Assembly: GCA_040381935.1 (NCBI GenBank)
Contig: JBEIGJ010000001.1
Coordinates: 32,895 to 96,894 of the forward strand
DNA length: 64,000 nucleotides
Reading direction: 5' to 3'
Source of the DNA: Acidimicrobiaceae bacterium
GTDB lineage: Bacteria; Actinomycetota; Acidimicrobiia; Acidimicrobiales; Ilumatobacteraceae
In this document: in pieces, positions 36,891-46,440 of the stretch
Layout: each line of letters starts with the position of its first letter
How positions within the stretch are numbered: the first letter of the stretch is position 1
Position numbers and translations under genes: made by a program
The notes under the pieces: generated by a model
Database searches by the model: none
Told to the model about the DNA's origin: nothing
Seen by the model: the letters and a program-made list of their open reading frames with translations, nothing else

Positions 36891-38165
36891 GTGATTCGAC
36901 TCCGCACCACACCACTCTTGGCGGTGACGCATGCACTGGCTATCACTGTTGGTGCGGTAGTCGTCGGGATCATCACTGGCGGGAGCTCCTGGCTCCTTTT
37001 CGAGGCCCTCGATCACGCCACTGAACTGCGCTTGGCTACCACTTGGCTGGTGTGGACCTTGCCCATAGTGGCCTTCGGGCTCGGCTTGGTCTACCACTAT
37101 GGCGCTGGTGTCAGTCGCCAGGGCACTTCTCTGGTCATTTCCCGCTCACTACCTCCGCTGGACGATCAACACCAGCCCGGCCCCGAACCCGTCGTCCCCT
37201 ATCGCTTGGCCCCGCTGATCTTCGCCTCGACATATGTCGCCCAGATGGCTGGAGCATCGGTTGGCCGTGAAGGGGCCGCCCTACAAATCGGTGGATCTCT
37301 CACCAGCTTGGTCTTTCGTCCCCTCCGGCTCGATCCCCGGGACTCCCGCCTTCTGCTCGTGGCCGCTATGGCCGGAGCCTTCGGAGGTGCCTTTGGTGTG
37401 CCAGTGGCCGGGGCCATTTTCGGTTTGGAAGTGCAGCAGACTGGACGATTGCGGTACGAAGGTTTGGCTCCCGCACTGGCCGCTTCCGTCACCGCCGATC
37501 GCGTCGTAGAAGCCCTCGGTCGATCGACCCCCATCGTCGATCTGCCGGTGGATGTGAACTCTGCTCTCTTACTGCGCCTGGTTCTCGTCGGGCTCTGCGC
37601 TGGTCTGGCGGCGCGTTGGTTCATTGCGCTCACGGATTTCATTCGTCATGGTTTACAGCGGTGGATATCGTGGGCTCCGTTACGACCCACCGCAGGAGCC
37701 TTGGCCACCTTGATGCTGATGATCCTGTTCGGGAGGGACTATCTCGGTTTGTCACTGCCGCTGATCGATCAGGCTCTCGATGGCTCACTGGCCGACTGGT
37801 GGGATCCGGTGCTGAAAATCCTGTTCACTGCGGTAGCTCTCGGGAGTGGTATTCCCGGTGGAGAGGTGACACCCCTTTTCGTCATTGGCGCCACATTGGG
37901 ATCGGTACTCGCTGGACCACTCGATATCCCGCCAATGTTGGCTGCCGCTGCTGCTTTGGCTGCGGTCTTTGGCGCCGCTGCCAATACTCCAATTGCTTGC
38001 GCTGTGCTCACTATGGAACTTTTCGGTGCCGCCATGATCGTTCCCAGCGCCATTGTCTGTATCACGGCCTATGCAGTGTCACCAGAGCGCGGCATTTACC
38101 AAGGCCAATGGCCTGGTTCTACGAAAGATCTCCGGGCCACCGCAAGACAACAACCTCCCGCATGA
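36891..38165 (+). CDS. Voltage-gated chloride channel (ClC/EriC family)
   Basis: Selectivity-filter-like blocks GASVGREGAALQIGG and GSGIPGGEVTPLFVIGA; polytopic, 424 aa; GTG start. Confidence 0.85.
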   Translation: MIRLRTTPLLAVTHALAITVGAVVVGIITGGSSWLLFEALDHATELRLATTWLVWTLPIVAFGLGLVYHYGAGVSRQGTSLVISRSLPPLDDQHQPGPEPVVPYRLAPLIFASTYVAQMAGASVGREGAALQIGGSLTSLVFRPLRLDPRDSRLLLVAAMAGAFGGAFGVPVAGAIFGLEVQQTGRLRYEGLAPALAASVTADRVVEALGRSTPIVDLPVDVNSALLLRLVLVGLCAGLAARWFIALTDFIRHGLQRWISWAPLRPTAGALATLMLMILFGRDYLGLSLPLIDQALDGSLADWWDPVLKILFTAVALGSGIPGGEVTPLFVIGATLGSVLAGPLDIPPMLAAAAALAAVFGAAANTPIACAVLTMELFGAAMIVPSAIVCITAYAVSPERGIYQGQWPGSTKDLRATARQQPPA

Positions 38166-38964
38166 ACTGCGGCGGATGATCCCGCAACCATTGCTCAATC
38201 TCTCCATCGCGTGATGAGGGGAGACAGAGTCGTCGACGCGCCGACACCACTAACGAAGAAGGATCGTCGGCGAGTCGAGACATCGGCGGCCGGGGAACAA
38301 CGACTATCTCTGGTTCGATGCCCAAAGCCTGAAGAACTGCAACCGCATCATCCGATGTGGGACCGACGGGTCGATCCAAATTCCAAAAATGTTTCCACGC
38401 CTGATTCCACGCCGACAAAGGGTGATGTGTTGGCAAAACCACAACGACTCCGAGACGGGCTTTTGCGGTCAGGGCCACGACGAAGGGTTCGAGATCGGCA
38501 ACATTGAAAAAGACGTGATGACAGACCACGACATCACAAGGCTCGATCGGATCCCCCGAGAATTCCCGAGCGATTGCCACATCGGGCCATCGGCCTTGAA
38601 TCTCTTGGAATTCAACGCCAGCCTCCAAGGCAGCCTGGGCGAAACGGGCCAACATGGCTGGATTTTCATCTACCCCGACCAATCGATTGGCTCGAGGAAC
38701 CAATGGCAACGACGAACGACCTCCGCCACAGCCGATATCCATCACACTGCCACCCTGGGGCGGCAAGAGTTCGCGGGCCAACTCAAAAATGGGACTCGTC
38801 ACATCAATGGTTTCATCAACTGCGAATGTTGCCGGATCGTGGGCCCAGGGTGGGACTTCGGCTTGAGCCAGGATCTCGTCTGGTATCGCCCAAGCCAAGA
38901 GTTGAGTACGCCAATACTCCCCAACTGCACTCATTGCCCCAGGTAGCGATGGCGACATTGACAA
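38119..38964 (-). CDS. Class I SAM-dependent methyltransferase
   Basis: Motif I VMDIGCGGGRSS followed by LVGVDENP. Its 3' end overlaps the convergent ClC gene by 47 nt. Confidence 0.8.
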   Translation of the reverse strand: MSMSPSLPGAMSAVGEYWRTQLLAWAIPDEILAQAEVPPWAHDPATFAVDETIDVTSPIFELARELLPPQGGSVMDIGCGGGRSSLPLVPRANRLVGVDENPAMLARFAQAALEAGVEFQEIQGRWPDVAIAREFSGDPIEPCDVVVCHHVFFNVADLEPFVVALTAKARLGVVVVLPTHHPLSAWNQAWKHFWNLDRPVGPTSDDAVAVLQALGIEPEIVVVPRPPMSRLADDPSSLVVSARRRLCLPSSRDGEIEQWLRDHPPQFMREVVVLRWPGDLS

Positions 38965-38970
38965 GAGGTC

Positions 38971-40218
38971 CTAGAGCGCTGCGGTGTCGAATACCCGAAT
39001 AGGGAGTTCTCGTGGTCCGCGAATTTGGCCTACGCTCCACACCACATCGTCTTGGGTACCGTCGATCTCGAAATTCGGAAAACGGTCAAGGAACTCCTCG
39101 ACCGCCACCCGCAGTTCGAGTCGGGCCAAATTAGAGCCAAGACAGCGATGAATTCCGAGACCAAAGGCGGCATGCCGGTTTTCCTCGCGATCAATGAGAA
39201 CCTTGTCGGCATCAGCGAATTCCGTGGGATCGAGATTGGCGGCGGGGAACGGGAGCAGAACCCATTCATCTTTTTTCATGGGACAGCCGTGAAAATCATG
39301 ATCCTTGGCTACCAGGCGAGCCATTGTTACCGGAGCATAGGCTCGGAGAAACTCTTCGATTGCCGTCGTCATCACCTCAGGCTCCGTTACCAGCCGCTGC
39401 CGATCAGCCGGGTGTGTTGCCAGGTGCCAGATACTCGACCCGATGGCACTCCATGTGGTGTCGATGCCCGCAACCAGAAGGAGCAGAATGACTCCCCCAA
39501 CCATGGCGTCGGGAAGTTTTTCGCCGTACATCTCAACATCCATGAGATACGAAGTCAGATCCTCACGGGGGTTATGGCGATGATCTTCGATCTGGGCCAA
39601 GAGATAGGCATCAATTCGCTCAAATGAGCGAATACGTTCTTCAGGCTCTCCGTTAATGCTTTCGAGGATGTCGTGCACGAACTCACGGAAGAGATCGTCA
39701 TCCTCCAAAGGGAAACCAAGCATCCGTGAAATCACATTGACCGGGATGTGCTGGGCGTAATCAAGGGCGGCGTCGATCGTCTCTCCTGCTTCAATCTTCG
39801 CCTGCATACGATCGAGTAGGCCACGGCACAAGATCCGCACTTCGCCTTCCCATTCCGCAATCTTTTTTGGGGCAAAGGGTGGAAGAAGTAGCCGGCGGGC
39901 ATCGTGGTGGAAGGGTGGATCACTGGTTATTGGAGGTGCTCCACCAATTGGTGCTTCATCTTCAGGGACGACTGTGCTCACCACGACGGACCGGCTGGTG
40001 AAATTCTCGGTGTCGTAGGCGACTTCACGAACAGTCTCATGGGTAACGGGAAGCCAGGTACCGCCGTAACGGTTGCTATGCGCCACCGGACATTGCTCCC
40101 GGAGATCGGCCCAAATTCGATGAGCATTTCGGTTGTACTCGGGATCAGCGTGATCGAAATCAGTAGCCCAGTCGCTCACCGGTCCATAAATCGACGCCGG
40201 AGGATCGTACACAGCCAT
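38971..40218 (-). CDS. Cytochrome P450
   Basis: Heme-thiolate loop FGLGIHRCLGSNLA, ExxR (EEFLR), I-helix-like AGIDTT. Confidence 0.95.
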   Translation of the reverse strand: MAVYDPPASIYGPVSDWATDFDHADPEYNRNAHRIWADLREQCPVAHSNRYGGTWLPVTHETVREVAYDTENFTSRSVVVSTVVPEDEAPIGGAPPITSDPPFHHDARRLLLPPFAPKKIAEWEGEVRILCRGLLDRMQAKIEAGETIDAALDYAQHIPVNVISRMLGFPLEDDDLFREFVHDILESINGEPEERIRSFERIDAYLLAQIEDHRHNPREDLTSYLMDVEMYGEKLPDAMVGGVILLLLVAGIDTTWSAIGSSIWHLATHPADRQRLVTEPEVMTTAIEEFLRAYAPVTMARLVAKDHDFHGCPMKKDEWVLLPFPAANLDPTEFADADKVLIDREENRHAAFGLGIHRCLGSNLARLELRVAVEEFLDRFPNFEIDGTQDDVVWSVGQIRGPRELPIRVFDTAAL

Positions 40219-40229
40219 GGAACGACCTC

Positions 40230-40424
40230 CTATTCGGTCATCGTGATGGCGAACTCGGGGCAGTTCGCCACGGCGAGCTTGGCTCGCTCGACCAAATCAG
40301 GACTGACCGACCCATCGCCGATCACCACGGCATTGCCGTAGTCGTCCACGTCGAAGAGTTCTGGAGCCAGGGCATAACAGCGATTGTGCCCCTGACATTT
40401 ATCGGCATCAACATGAATTCGCAT
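40230..40424 (-). CDS. Small ferredoxin (single [3Fe-4S]/[4Fe-4S] type), P450 redox partner
   Basis: 64 aa, CQGHNRC...ANCP pattern, located 11 nt upstream of the P450 gene. Confidence 0.85.
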   Translation of the reverse strand: MRIHVDADKCQGHNRCYALAPELFDVDDYGNAVVIGDGSVSPDLVERAKLAVANCPEFAITMTE

Positions 40425-40499
40425 ACGCCCACAGTATCGCCCGAACCAATGAGGCGTACCGTTTGGCGAAGTAGGTCAACATGCACTTGACTACACACC

Positions 40500-41237
40500 G
40501 TGTCGACCTCGAAGCCTTCTCGAACTACCGGTGGACTGGCAATCCTCCTTCCCCCATCAGAAGGTAAAGCCACCGGAGGAAGCAGCCCGAAATGGAGTGT
40601 GGGTTCGGGAAATTTTGGACGCCAGCTCGGTCCTTCACGGCGCGCCATTGTGGAGCACCTGAATGCGCTGAATGGCGGAGACTCTCGACTGCTGGGCGTG
40701 AGCGGTGCCCATCTGGACAGAGCGCGAGATGCCAACTCCCACCTCATCGGAGCACCCACCCGACCGGCATGGCAGCGATATACCGGAGTGGTCTGGGATC
40801 ATTTGGATCCAACCACCCTGTCGCATTCGGCTCGGGTACGAGCCGAGGAATCCATCATCGTCTTTTCCGGACTTCTCGGACTGGTGGGCTTCACTGACCG
40901 CATCCCCGATTACAAACTCAAGATGGGAGCGTCACTGCCAGAGATCGGAAAACTCTCAACGTGGTGGCGACCCATGTTGTCAGCAGCCCTGAACTCATGG
41001 TTGCAACATCGCGTGGTGATCGACCTCCTGGCTCAGGAACAGCGCCACGCATGGTTGCCGGACCAAAACCTTCACCATCGCGCTGTGACCTTTGTGAATG
41101 ACACAGGCCGCCCTGTTGGACATGATGCAAAGGCTGCCAAAGGACTCCTGGTACGTCATCTACTCGAATCGAAAGACGCACCCGAAAAGGCTCTGGCCAC
41201 GTGGAAGCACCCACAGTTCACCATCGACGTTTCCTAA
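40500..41237 (+). CDS. yaaA: YaaA-family (UPF0246/DUF328) peroxide stress protein
   Basis: LAILLPPSEGK N-terminal motif, AWQRYTGVVW, and 245-aa length; GTG start. Confidence 0.8.
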   Translation: MSTSKPSRTTGGLAILLPPSEGKATGGSSPKWSVGSGNFGRQLGPSRRAIVEHLNALNGGDSRLLGVSGAHLDRARDANSHLIGAPTRPAWQRYTGVVWDHLDPTTLSHSARVRAEESIIVFSGLLGLVGFTDRIPDYKLKMGASLPEIGKLSTWWRPMLSAALNSWLQHRVVIDLLAQEQRHAWLPDQNLHHRAVTFVNDTGRPVGHDAKAAKGLLVRHLLESKDAPEKALATWKHPQFTIDVS

Positions 41238-41293
41238 ATCTCCACCTACCATTTCCGATACCGCTGCACCGTGCCGTGGTTTGAGGATGACTT

Positions 41294-42067
41294 CTACTGA
41301 GTCGCTTTCAACTTGTCGCCAAAAAATTGCAGGACTCGTTGCACACTGGGGTCATGACGATGTTCCGTCAGCACCGAATGATCGGACTTTTTCGTAGAAG
41401 GCAATTCGATAGCGATGAATGCGTCTCCCAGCAGTTTTCGCAAAGTATCGAAGCGTGTTCCAACGAGGCGGTCTCCGGTGTACCGCAGTCCGAGAACCTC
41501 ACACCCCTCACGTGCTCGTCGCACCACGACTTCTTGATCATCAGGCGACAAGTTCAGATCGGCCGCTCGCGCCGAGCCGATACTGAAAGGCATCGAGGGC
41601 TGACTGAGAACCGGAGCAATCACATGATCGTCCACCATCAATCCGAGAGCGAAGCCTCCACTGAAACACATGCCGAGCGCTCCAATTCCCGGGCCACCGA
41701 TGTCATCATGCATGTTGCGACCCAACGCCCGCAACCAAGCGATGATCGGCGAGGTTTTTCCGGTGGCCATGGTGACGAATTCACGGGAGATGCACACTTT
41801 GGCCATTGATGTGGCTATATACGGAGCCGATGGCGCCTTTCCTGGAGTCCCAATGAGATCGGGCATGACAACTGTGAATCCTGCATCCACCAGTTCAGTG
41901 GCAAAGCGAAGAACCTCGGGTGTAATTCCCGGAATTTCATGAACGACGATGACTCCCGGACCGGTACCTCGTCGATACGTGTCGTGAGTGATACCGGCGG
42001 CAGTGAATGATCCTTTGGACCATTGGGCCATAGTGTCCACCGATCCATCTCTTGATGCCGATGTCAT
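41294..42067 (-). CDS. Dienelactone hydrolase family protein
   Basis: PGVIVVHEIPGI, nucleophile elbow GMCFSGGFAL and a C-terminal His region fit the alpha/beta hydrolase DLH layout. Confidence 0.8.
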   Translation of the reverse strand: MTSASRDGSVDTMAQWSKGSFTAAGITHDTYRRGTGPGVIVVHEIPGITPEVLRFATELVDAGFTVVMPDLIGTPGKAPSAPYIATSMAKVCISREFVTMATGKTSPIIAWLRALGRNMHDDIGGPGIGALGMCFSGGFALGLMVDDHVIAPVLSQPSMPFSIGSARAADLNLSPDDQEVVVRRAREGCEVLGLRYTGDRLVGTRFDTLRKLLGDAFIAIELPSTKKSDHSVLTEHRHDPSVQRVLQFFGDKLKATQ

Positions 42068-43095
42068 TGCAGTCTCCTCACTGCTTCAAGGGCCCGTTCC
42101 GCCAATCCTTCGGGGCCGAGTTTCATATTGCTGAGATCGATCCCGCTCTGGTCTCCCATTGCTCCGTGCAAGTAGCGGGCATACACACCTTCACTGATGA
42201 CCGCCAGACGCCAGCAGGAAAAGGCCACGTAGTATTCGACTCCGCTGACATCGCGTCCGGTTTTTTCGGCGTAACGATCCACTAGTTGGCGATACAGAGC
42301 AAATCCACCCGCTGGTGTGGGGTCATTGGCCCGGAGGGCACTCGAGGGACCATCACTCCAATAGACGCCAAGATAACCCAGATCGGCGAGCGGATCTCCC
42401 AACGTACACAGCTCCCAATCCAAAACTGCTGCGATACGACCGGTGCGCACATCGGTGAGGCAATTCCCGAATCGGTAATCACCATGAGCAATAACAACTC
42501 CCTGTTGTTTGGGAATCTTCTGCGCTAGTCGTCGCGAGACTTCGTCGATAGCCGGCAACTCACGCGTTTTGGAATTTTCCCATTGTGCGCTCCACCGTTT
42601 CAGCTGGCGCTCGATGTATCCATCACGGCGTGCCAAATCCCCAAGTCCGACGGCGTCGATATCCACGGCGTGGAGATCAGCGAGTACGTCGATCAGATTG
42701 ATCGAAGCCGCGTGGCGTAACGACGGATCCAGGAGTGCGGCTTTTTCGGCACTATCCAAGACCACACCGTCGACATAGGACATGACATAGAAAGGCGCCC
42801 CGTTGACTTCGTTGTCGATACACAATCCAAGAGCCCGGGGCACCGGAACATTGGTAGAGCCCACCGCCGCAATGATCCGATACTCCCGCGCCATGTCATG
42901 GGCCGTGGCCAAAACGTGCCCCAAAGGCGGACGCCGAAGAACGAATTGACGATCAGTTGAGTCAGTCACTCGATACGTCAGGTTGGATCGGCCCCCGGCA
43001 ATCAAATCGAACTGGAACGGCCCCACAGCATCGGGAATGTTTTGGGTCAACCAGGCCGAAACCACGTTCTGATCGATTCCCTGGACACTGTCCAT
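42064..43095 (-). CDS. Phosphotransferase (APH/choline kinase-like) family protein
   Basis: GGRSNLTYRV, FVLRRPP, catalytic HGDYRFGN and LDWE Brenner-like blocks. It has a 4-nt overlap with the downstream DLH gene. Confidence 0.85.
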   Translation of the reverse strand: MDSVQGIDQNVVSAWLTQNIPDAVGPFQFDLIAGGRSNLTYRVTDSTDRQFVLRRPPLGHVLATAHDMAREYRIIAAVGSTNVPVPRALGLCIDNEVNGAPFYVMSYVDGVVLDSAEKAALLDPSLRHAASINLIDVLADLHAVDIDAVGLGDLARRDGYIERQLKRWSAQWENSKTRELPAIDEVSRRLAQKIPKQQGVVIAHGDYRFGNCLTDVRTGRIAAVLDWELCTLGDPLADLGYLGVYWSDGPSSALRANDPTPAGGFALYRQLVDRYAEKTGRDVSGVEYYVAFSCWRLAVISEGVYARYLHGAMGDQSGIDLSNMKLGPEGLAERALEAVRRLQ

Positions 43096-43183
43096 CTGGT
43101 GGCCTCCCCCCGGCTGACGTCGGTGAATGAAAAACGAAACGCCATCATCATCCAGCTCGAATCAGCTGGTCAAAACGATTTGA

Positions 43184-44275
43184 TCACCCAGGGCGCGTCG
43201 CGCCAACAACTTTGTTCCAACTGATGGCCGTCAGGCGCACATCACGCCCGACACCAGGGGCGTCCACCATCATGCCGTCACCGACATAAATTCCCACGTG
43301 GGTGATTGGGGTATAGAAGAAAACGAGATCTCCCGGCTCCAGATAGGCCAAAGGAACCTTGGGGGATGCCCGGAACTGCAAACGGGATTGGTGAGGAAGC
43401 GAAACTCCGGCCTGACGCCAGGCCCACATGGTCAGACCCGAACAATCGAATGAGACACCTTCGATCGCCGTGGCATAGCGGTAGGTCACCCCGATCTGAC
43501 TGCGGGCTGCGGCTACCGCAATGGAGCCACGCGAACTACTCGGTGGGACCGATGCTGGGTTGAATGCCGCTTTGCTGCTCTGAGAGGTGACCTGACTGGC
43601 TTGAGCCCGAGAGCGAGCGGCCGCCTCAGCCGCTCGGCGCGCCCGTTCCTCAGTGATCTGACGACCAAGTTCCCTCTCGGCTTTGGCCTTGAGTTCGGTG
43701 TACTGGGCGATCTTTTCTTCGGCCTTGACGCGATCGTTCTCTAAACGCTCGGCCAGCTCACCCGCTCGCTTGCGATCACGTTCGAGTTTCTTCTGCAAAT
43801 CATTGAGGTCAGTGATCAGAGCATCGAGTTTGTCCGAATTGCCAAAGGCCACGTTCAAAGCGATCTCGGTCAGGTATTGACGTTGCACCGACTCATTGGG
43901 TCCGCCGCCCGGCGATAGCAACCCGGTCAAACTTCCGGTTCGACCACCTCCGACGAAAGCTTCGACCGCCAGATCGGACATCTCGGCCTCGACCCCGCTG
44001 AGCTCGGCCTTTTTAGCCTCTATTTCCAGCAGTGTGGCGGCGATTTCTTCTTCCAATCGGACTTTGTCGTCTTCAGTGATCCGCAACTCTTCGCTCAGCC
44101 GGTCGACTTCTTCCTCGGTGGCCTCCAGCTGGTCAACAATTTGCTGCACTTTGCGTCGAGCTGAGTCCACCGAGCCAGCCTGAACCGGGTTACTCACCAA
44201 ACCGCTACCGATCGAGCCCATGAGCAGCGTCAGGGCCAGGGCCGAGGCAGGACGACGAAGAGGGGTGCCAAACAT
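43184..44275 (-). CDS. Secreted NlpC/P60 (C40) peptidoglycan endopeptidase with N-terminal coiled coil (RipA-like)
   Basis: Signal peptide, a long heptad-rich region (EEVDRLSEELRITEDDKVRLEEEIA...), a catalytic Cys (FDCSGLTMWAW) and His (HVGIYVGDG). Confidence 0.9.
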   Translation of the reverse strand: MFGTPLRRPASALALTLLMGSIGSGLVSNPVQAGSVDSARRKVQQIVDQLEATEEEVDRLSEELRITEDDKVRLEEEIAATLLEIEAKKAELSGVEAEMSDLAVEAFVGGGRTGSLTGLLSPGGGPNESVQRQYLTEIALNVAFGNSDKLDALITDLNDLQKKLERDRKRAGELAERLENDRVKAEEKIAQYTELKAKAERELGRQITEERARRAAEAAARSRAQASQVTSQSSKAAFNPASVPPSSSRGSIAVAAARSQIGVTYRYATAIEGVSFDCSGLTMWAWRQAGVSLPHQSRLQFRASPKVPLAYLEPGDLVFFYTPITHVGIYVGDGMMVDAPGVGRDVRLTAISWNKVVGATRPG

Positions 44276-44402
44276 GCTGGGGAGAGACTAACCAATGAGT
44301 GCCCGTTAAAAGCGCCGCCCCGACCTACCTACCGGGCAAACAACCTGCACAGCGGCTAGAAATCAGCCAAACGTGACATGTGATTCGCCTGCTTGTGTTC
44401 AC

Positions 44403-44429
44403 CTATTCCCACTCATCTATTCCCACTCA
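44403..44429. repeat. Tandem duplication of the last 13 nt of guaA, including its stop codon
   Basis: CTATTCCCACTCA occurs at 44403-44415 and 44417-44429. On the coding strand this is GAGTGGGAATAG (E-W-E-stop) followed, one base later, by a second GAGTGGGAATAG. Confidence 0.9.
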
Positions 44430-45964
44430 ATGGTCCCCGGTGGTTTCGAGGTGATGTCGTAGGCCACCCGATTGATTCCTGGTACCTCACTGATGATGCG
44501 ACTCGCCATCTGATCGAGCAAGTCGTGGGGCAACCTGGCCCAATCGGCAGTCATCGCATCATCACTGGTCACGGCCCGAATGATGACCGGATAGGCATAG
44601 GTTCGTTCATCACCCATGACTCCGACCGATTTGATGTCTGGCAGAACTGCGAACGCCTGCCAGATCTCGCGGTCCAACCCAGCGCGATGAATCTCCTCGC
44701 GAACAATGGCATCGGCTTCCTGCAAGATAGCCACTTTGTCCCGAGTGACTTCTCCAATGATGCGCACACCGAGTCCTGGTCCAGGAAATGGCTGACGCCA
44801 CACGATTTCATCTGGCAAACCCAGTTCGGTCCCCAAGCGACGTACTTCATCTTTGAACAATGAACGAAGAGGTTCCACCAATTTCAATGTCATGTCTTCG
44901 GGCAACCCGCCCACATTGTGATGACTCTTGATGACCGATGCCGTACCGTCGTTCCCTCCGCTCTCGATGACATCGGGATACAATGTTCCTTGAACCAGGA
45001 ACTCAGCATCGGTAACTCCTCCCGTGTGATTTTCGAAGATGCGCACGAACAGCTCACCAATTGCTTTCCGCTTCGACTCCGGCTCAGTCAGACCCTGCAG
45101 CCGATCGAAGAATTGATCACCAGCGTCGACGTGAATCAGTTCGATACCCAAAGTTCGGCGAAAGGTTTCCACGACTTGGGCGCTCTCCCCTTTGCGCATT
45201 AGCCCGGTGTCGACATAGACGCACGTCAATTGGGAACCAATGGCGCGTTGCACAAGTGCCGCCGCAACGCTGGAATCAACGCCGCCCGACAGACCGCAGA
45301 TCACACGCTTTGCGCCCACCTGCTGACGAACGGCCTCAAGTTGCTCATCGAGAATCGATCCCATCGTCCACGAGCCGTCACAGCCCGCCAGATCGTGGAG
45401 AAAGGTTTTCAAAACCGCGTGACCGAACGGAGAATGCACTACTTCGGGGTGATATTGCACTCCCCAGATGTGTCGTTGCGGATTCTCCAAAACCGCCACC
45501 GGTGCTTGCGGGGTCGAGGCAGTGGCAATGAAACCCTCGGGAACCTGCGTGATGGCGTCAAAGTGACTCATCCATACGGTCTGCACATCGGGGACATTGT
45601 TCAGCAATGAAGAATCGGCGCCCGCAATACGCTGCATCTCTGTTCGGCCGTACTCTCCTCGGTCGCCCCGTGACACCTGTCCACCCAATTGCTGGGCAAT
45701 CAACTGAGCTCCGTAGCAAATCCCCAAGATCGGAATTCCCAAGTCATAGAGTCCCGCTGCGAGACGAGGTGCTCCCTCGACATGAACGCTCTTTGGACCC
45801 CCGGACAAAATGATCGCCTGTGGCTGGCGCCGAACTATCTCGTCCACTGTCACGGTATGGGGCACGATCTCGGAGTACACCCGGTGCTCGCGAACCCGCC
45901 GAGCAATGAGTTGGGCATATTGCGCCCCGAAGTCAACTACTAGAACCGTTTGACGTTGGGTCAC
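44417..45964 (-). CDS. guaA: GMP synthase (glutamine-hydrolysing)
   Basis: GATase nucleophile GICYGAQL, P-loop SGGVDSSV, C-terminal ...KPPGTIEWE. The start is set at GTG 45964 ([16 protein letters not shown]); the ORF track's 589-aa form has a non-homologous 74-aa leader. Confidence 0.95.
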   Translation of the reverse strand: MTQRQTVLVVDFGAQYAQLIARRVREHRVYSEIVPHTVTVDEIVRRQPQAIILSGGPKSVHVEGAPRLAAGLYDLGIPILGICYGAQLIAQQLGGQVSRGDRGEYGRTEMQRIAGADSSLLNNVPDVQTVWMSHFDAITQVPEGFIATASTPQAPVAVLENPQRHIWGVQYHPEVVHSPFGHAVLKTFLHDLAGCDGSWTMGSILDEQLEAVRQQVGAKRVICGLSGGVDSSVAAALVQRAIGSQLTCVYVDTGLMRKGESAQVVETFRRTLGIELIHVDAGDQFFDRLQGLTEPESKRKAIGELFVRIFENHTGGVTDAEFLVQGTLYPDVIESGGNDGTASVIKSHHNVGGLPEDMTLKLVEPLRSLFKDEVRRLGTELGLPDEIVWRQPFPGPGLGVRIIGEVTRDKVAILQEADAIVREEIHRAGLDREIWQAFAVLPDIKSVGVMGDERTYAYPVIIRAVTSDDAMTADWARLPHDLLDQMASRIISEVPGINRVAYDITSKPPGTIEWE

Positions 45965-46041
45965 GACTCGATCGTAGCCGTGGCAGCGATTATCACCCGT
46001 ATGACTACCTCGGTAGGCAGAGGAGATGACACGATGAACAG

Positions 46042-46440
46042 GTGATATCAACGCTGCGTGTTCTGGTACCAACGATGGTTGTGGCACTGACCATGCCCTT
46101 CGGCGTCGCCGATCCTGTTCAGGCCGGTGTGATCTACCCAATGATTCGGAGCACGACGTCCCAGCAGACTTTCGCTCCCGATACAAGCATTTCCGCCGAT
46201 GCCACTCCCAACGATTTCATGGATCTCGAACGGGACTTGACTCAATGCATCAGTTCCAATCCGTTACCCGGATGCGGGCGTGAACCCACCAGTCCTGGTG
46301 ACCGCGGCGGGTGGCAGCAGTTCTTGCTTTTCGGCATCATGGTGACCGGTATGGGCATCATTTTTTGGCGCGTAGGACGGTCGATCCGAGCCCGTGACCG
46401 CGTCGTGCCCGCAGGCGAAACTGAAAAAGCGAGAACCTAA
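46042..46440 (+). CDS. Hypothetical exported protein with a C-terminal membrane anchor
   Basis: N-terminal signal-like [22 protein letters not shown] and a C-terminal TM segment [22 protein letters not shown] start, no family recognised. Its 4-nt 3' overlap with the convergent gene is unremarkable here. Confidence 0.4.
   Translation: MISTLRVLVPTMVVALTMPFGVADPVQAGVIYPMIRSTTSQQTFAPDTSISADATPNDFMDLERDLTQCISSNPLPGCGREPTSPGDRGGWQQFLLFGIMVTGMGIIFWRVGRSIRARDRVVPAGETEKART

Noticed and set aside
40476-40491. Short inverted repeat GTCAA-N6-TTGAC in the ferredoxin/yaaA divergent region, considered as an operator.
   Set aside because: A 5-bp arm is expected by chance, and TTGAC may simply be a -35-like hexamer.
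43096-43183. Hairpin CCAGCT-N6-AGCTGG downstream of the NlpC/P60 gene, considered as an intrinsic terminator.
   Set aside because: The stem is only 6 bp, and the T-rich run on the transcribed strand is about 20 nt away from it. This is too weak to call.
44276-44416. Possible cyclic-di-AMP (ydaO-type) riboswitch upstream of the NlpC/P60 hydrolase gene, as seen upstream of some actinobacterial cell-wall hydrolases.
   Set aside because: The 141-nt leader contains only loose fragments (GAATC, GGTAGG, CGGGG). I cannot find the paired ACGGGG/CCCG pseudo-two-fold architecture. A covariance-model scan (Rfam RF00379) would be needed, so it is not reported as a feature.
45965-46186. N-terminal extensions of several longest ORFs: guaA to 46186, response regulator to 37097, arylsulfatase to 32296, epimerase to 58541, secreted protein to 34782, ACC-deaminase-like to 17209, mftF to 8528.
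   Set aside because: The extensions have no homology-like sequence and overlap neighbouring genes. Internal ATG or GTG codons coincide with the start of the conserved domain, and some have good RBS or stop/start coupling.
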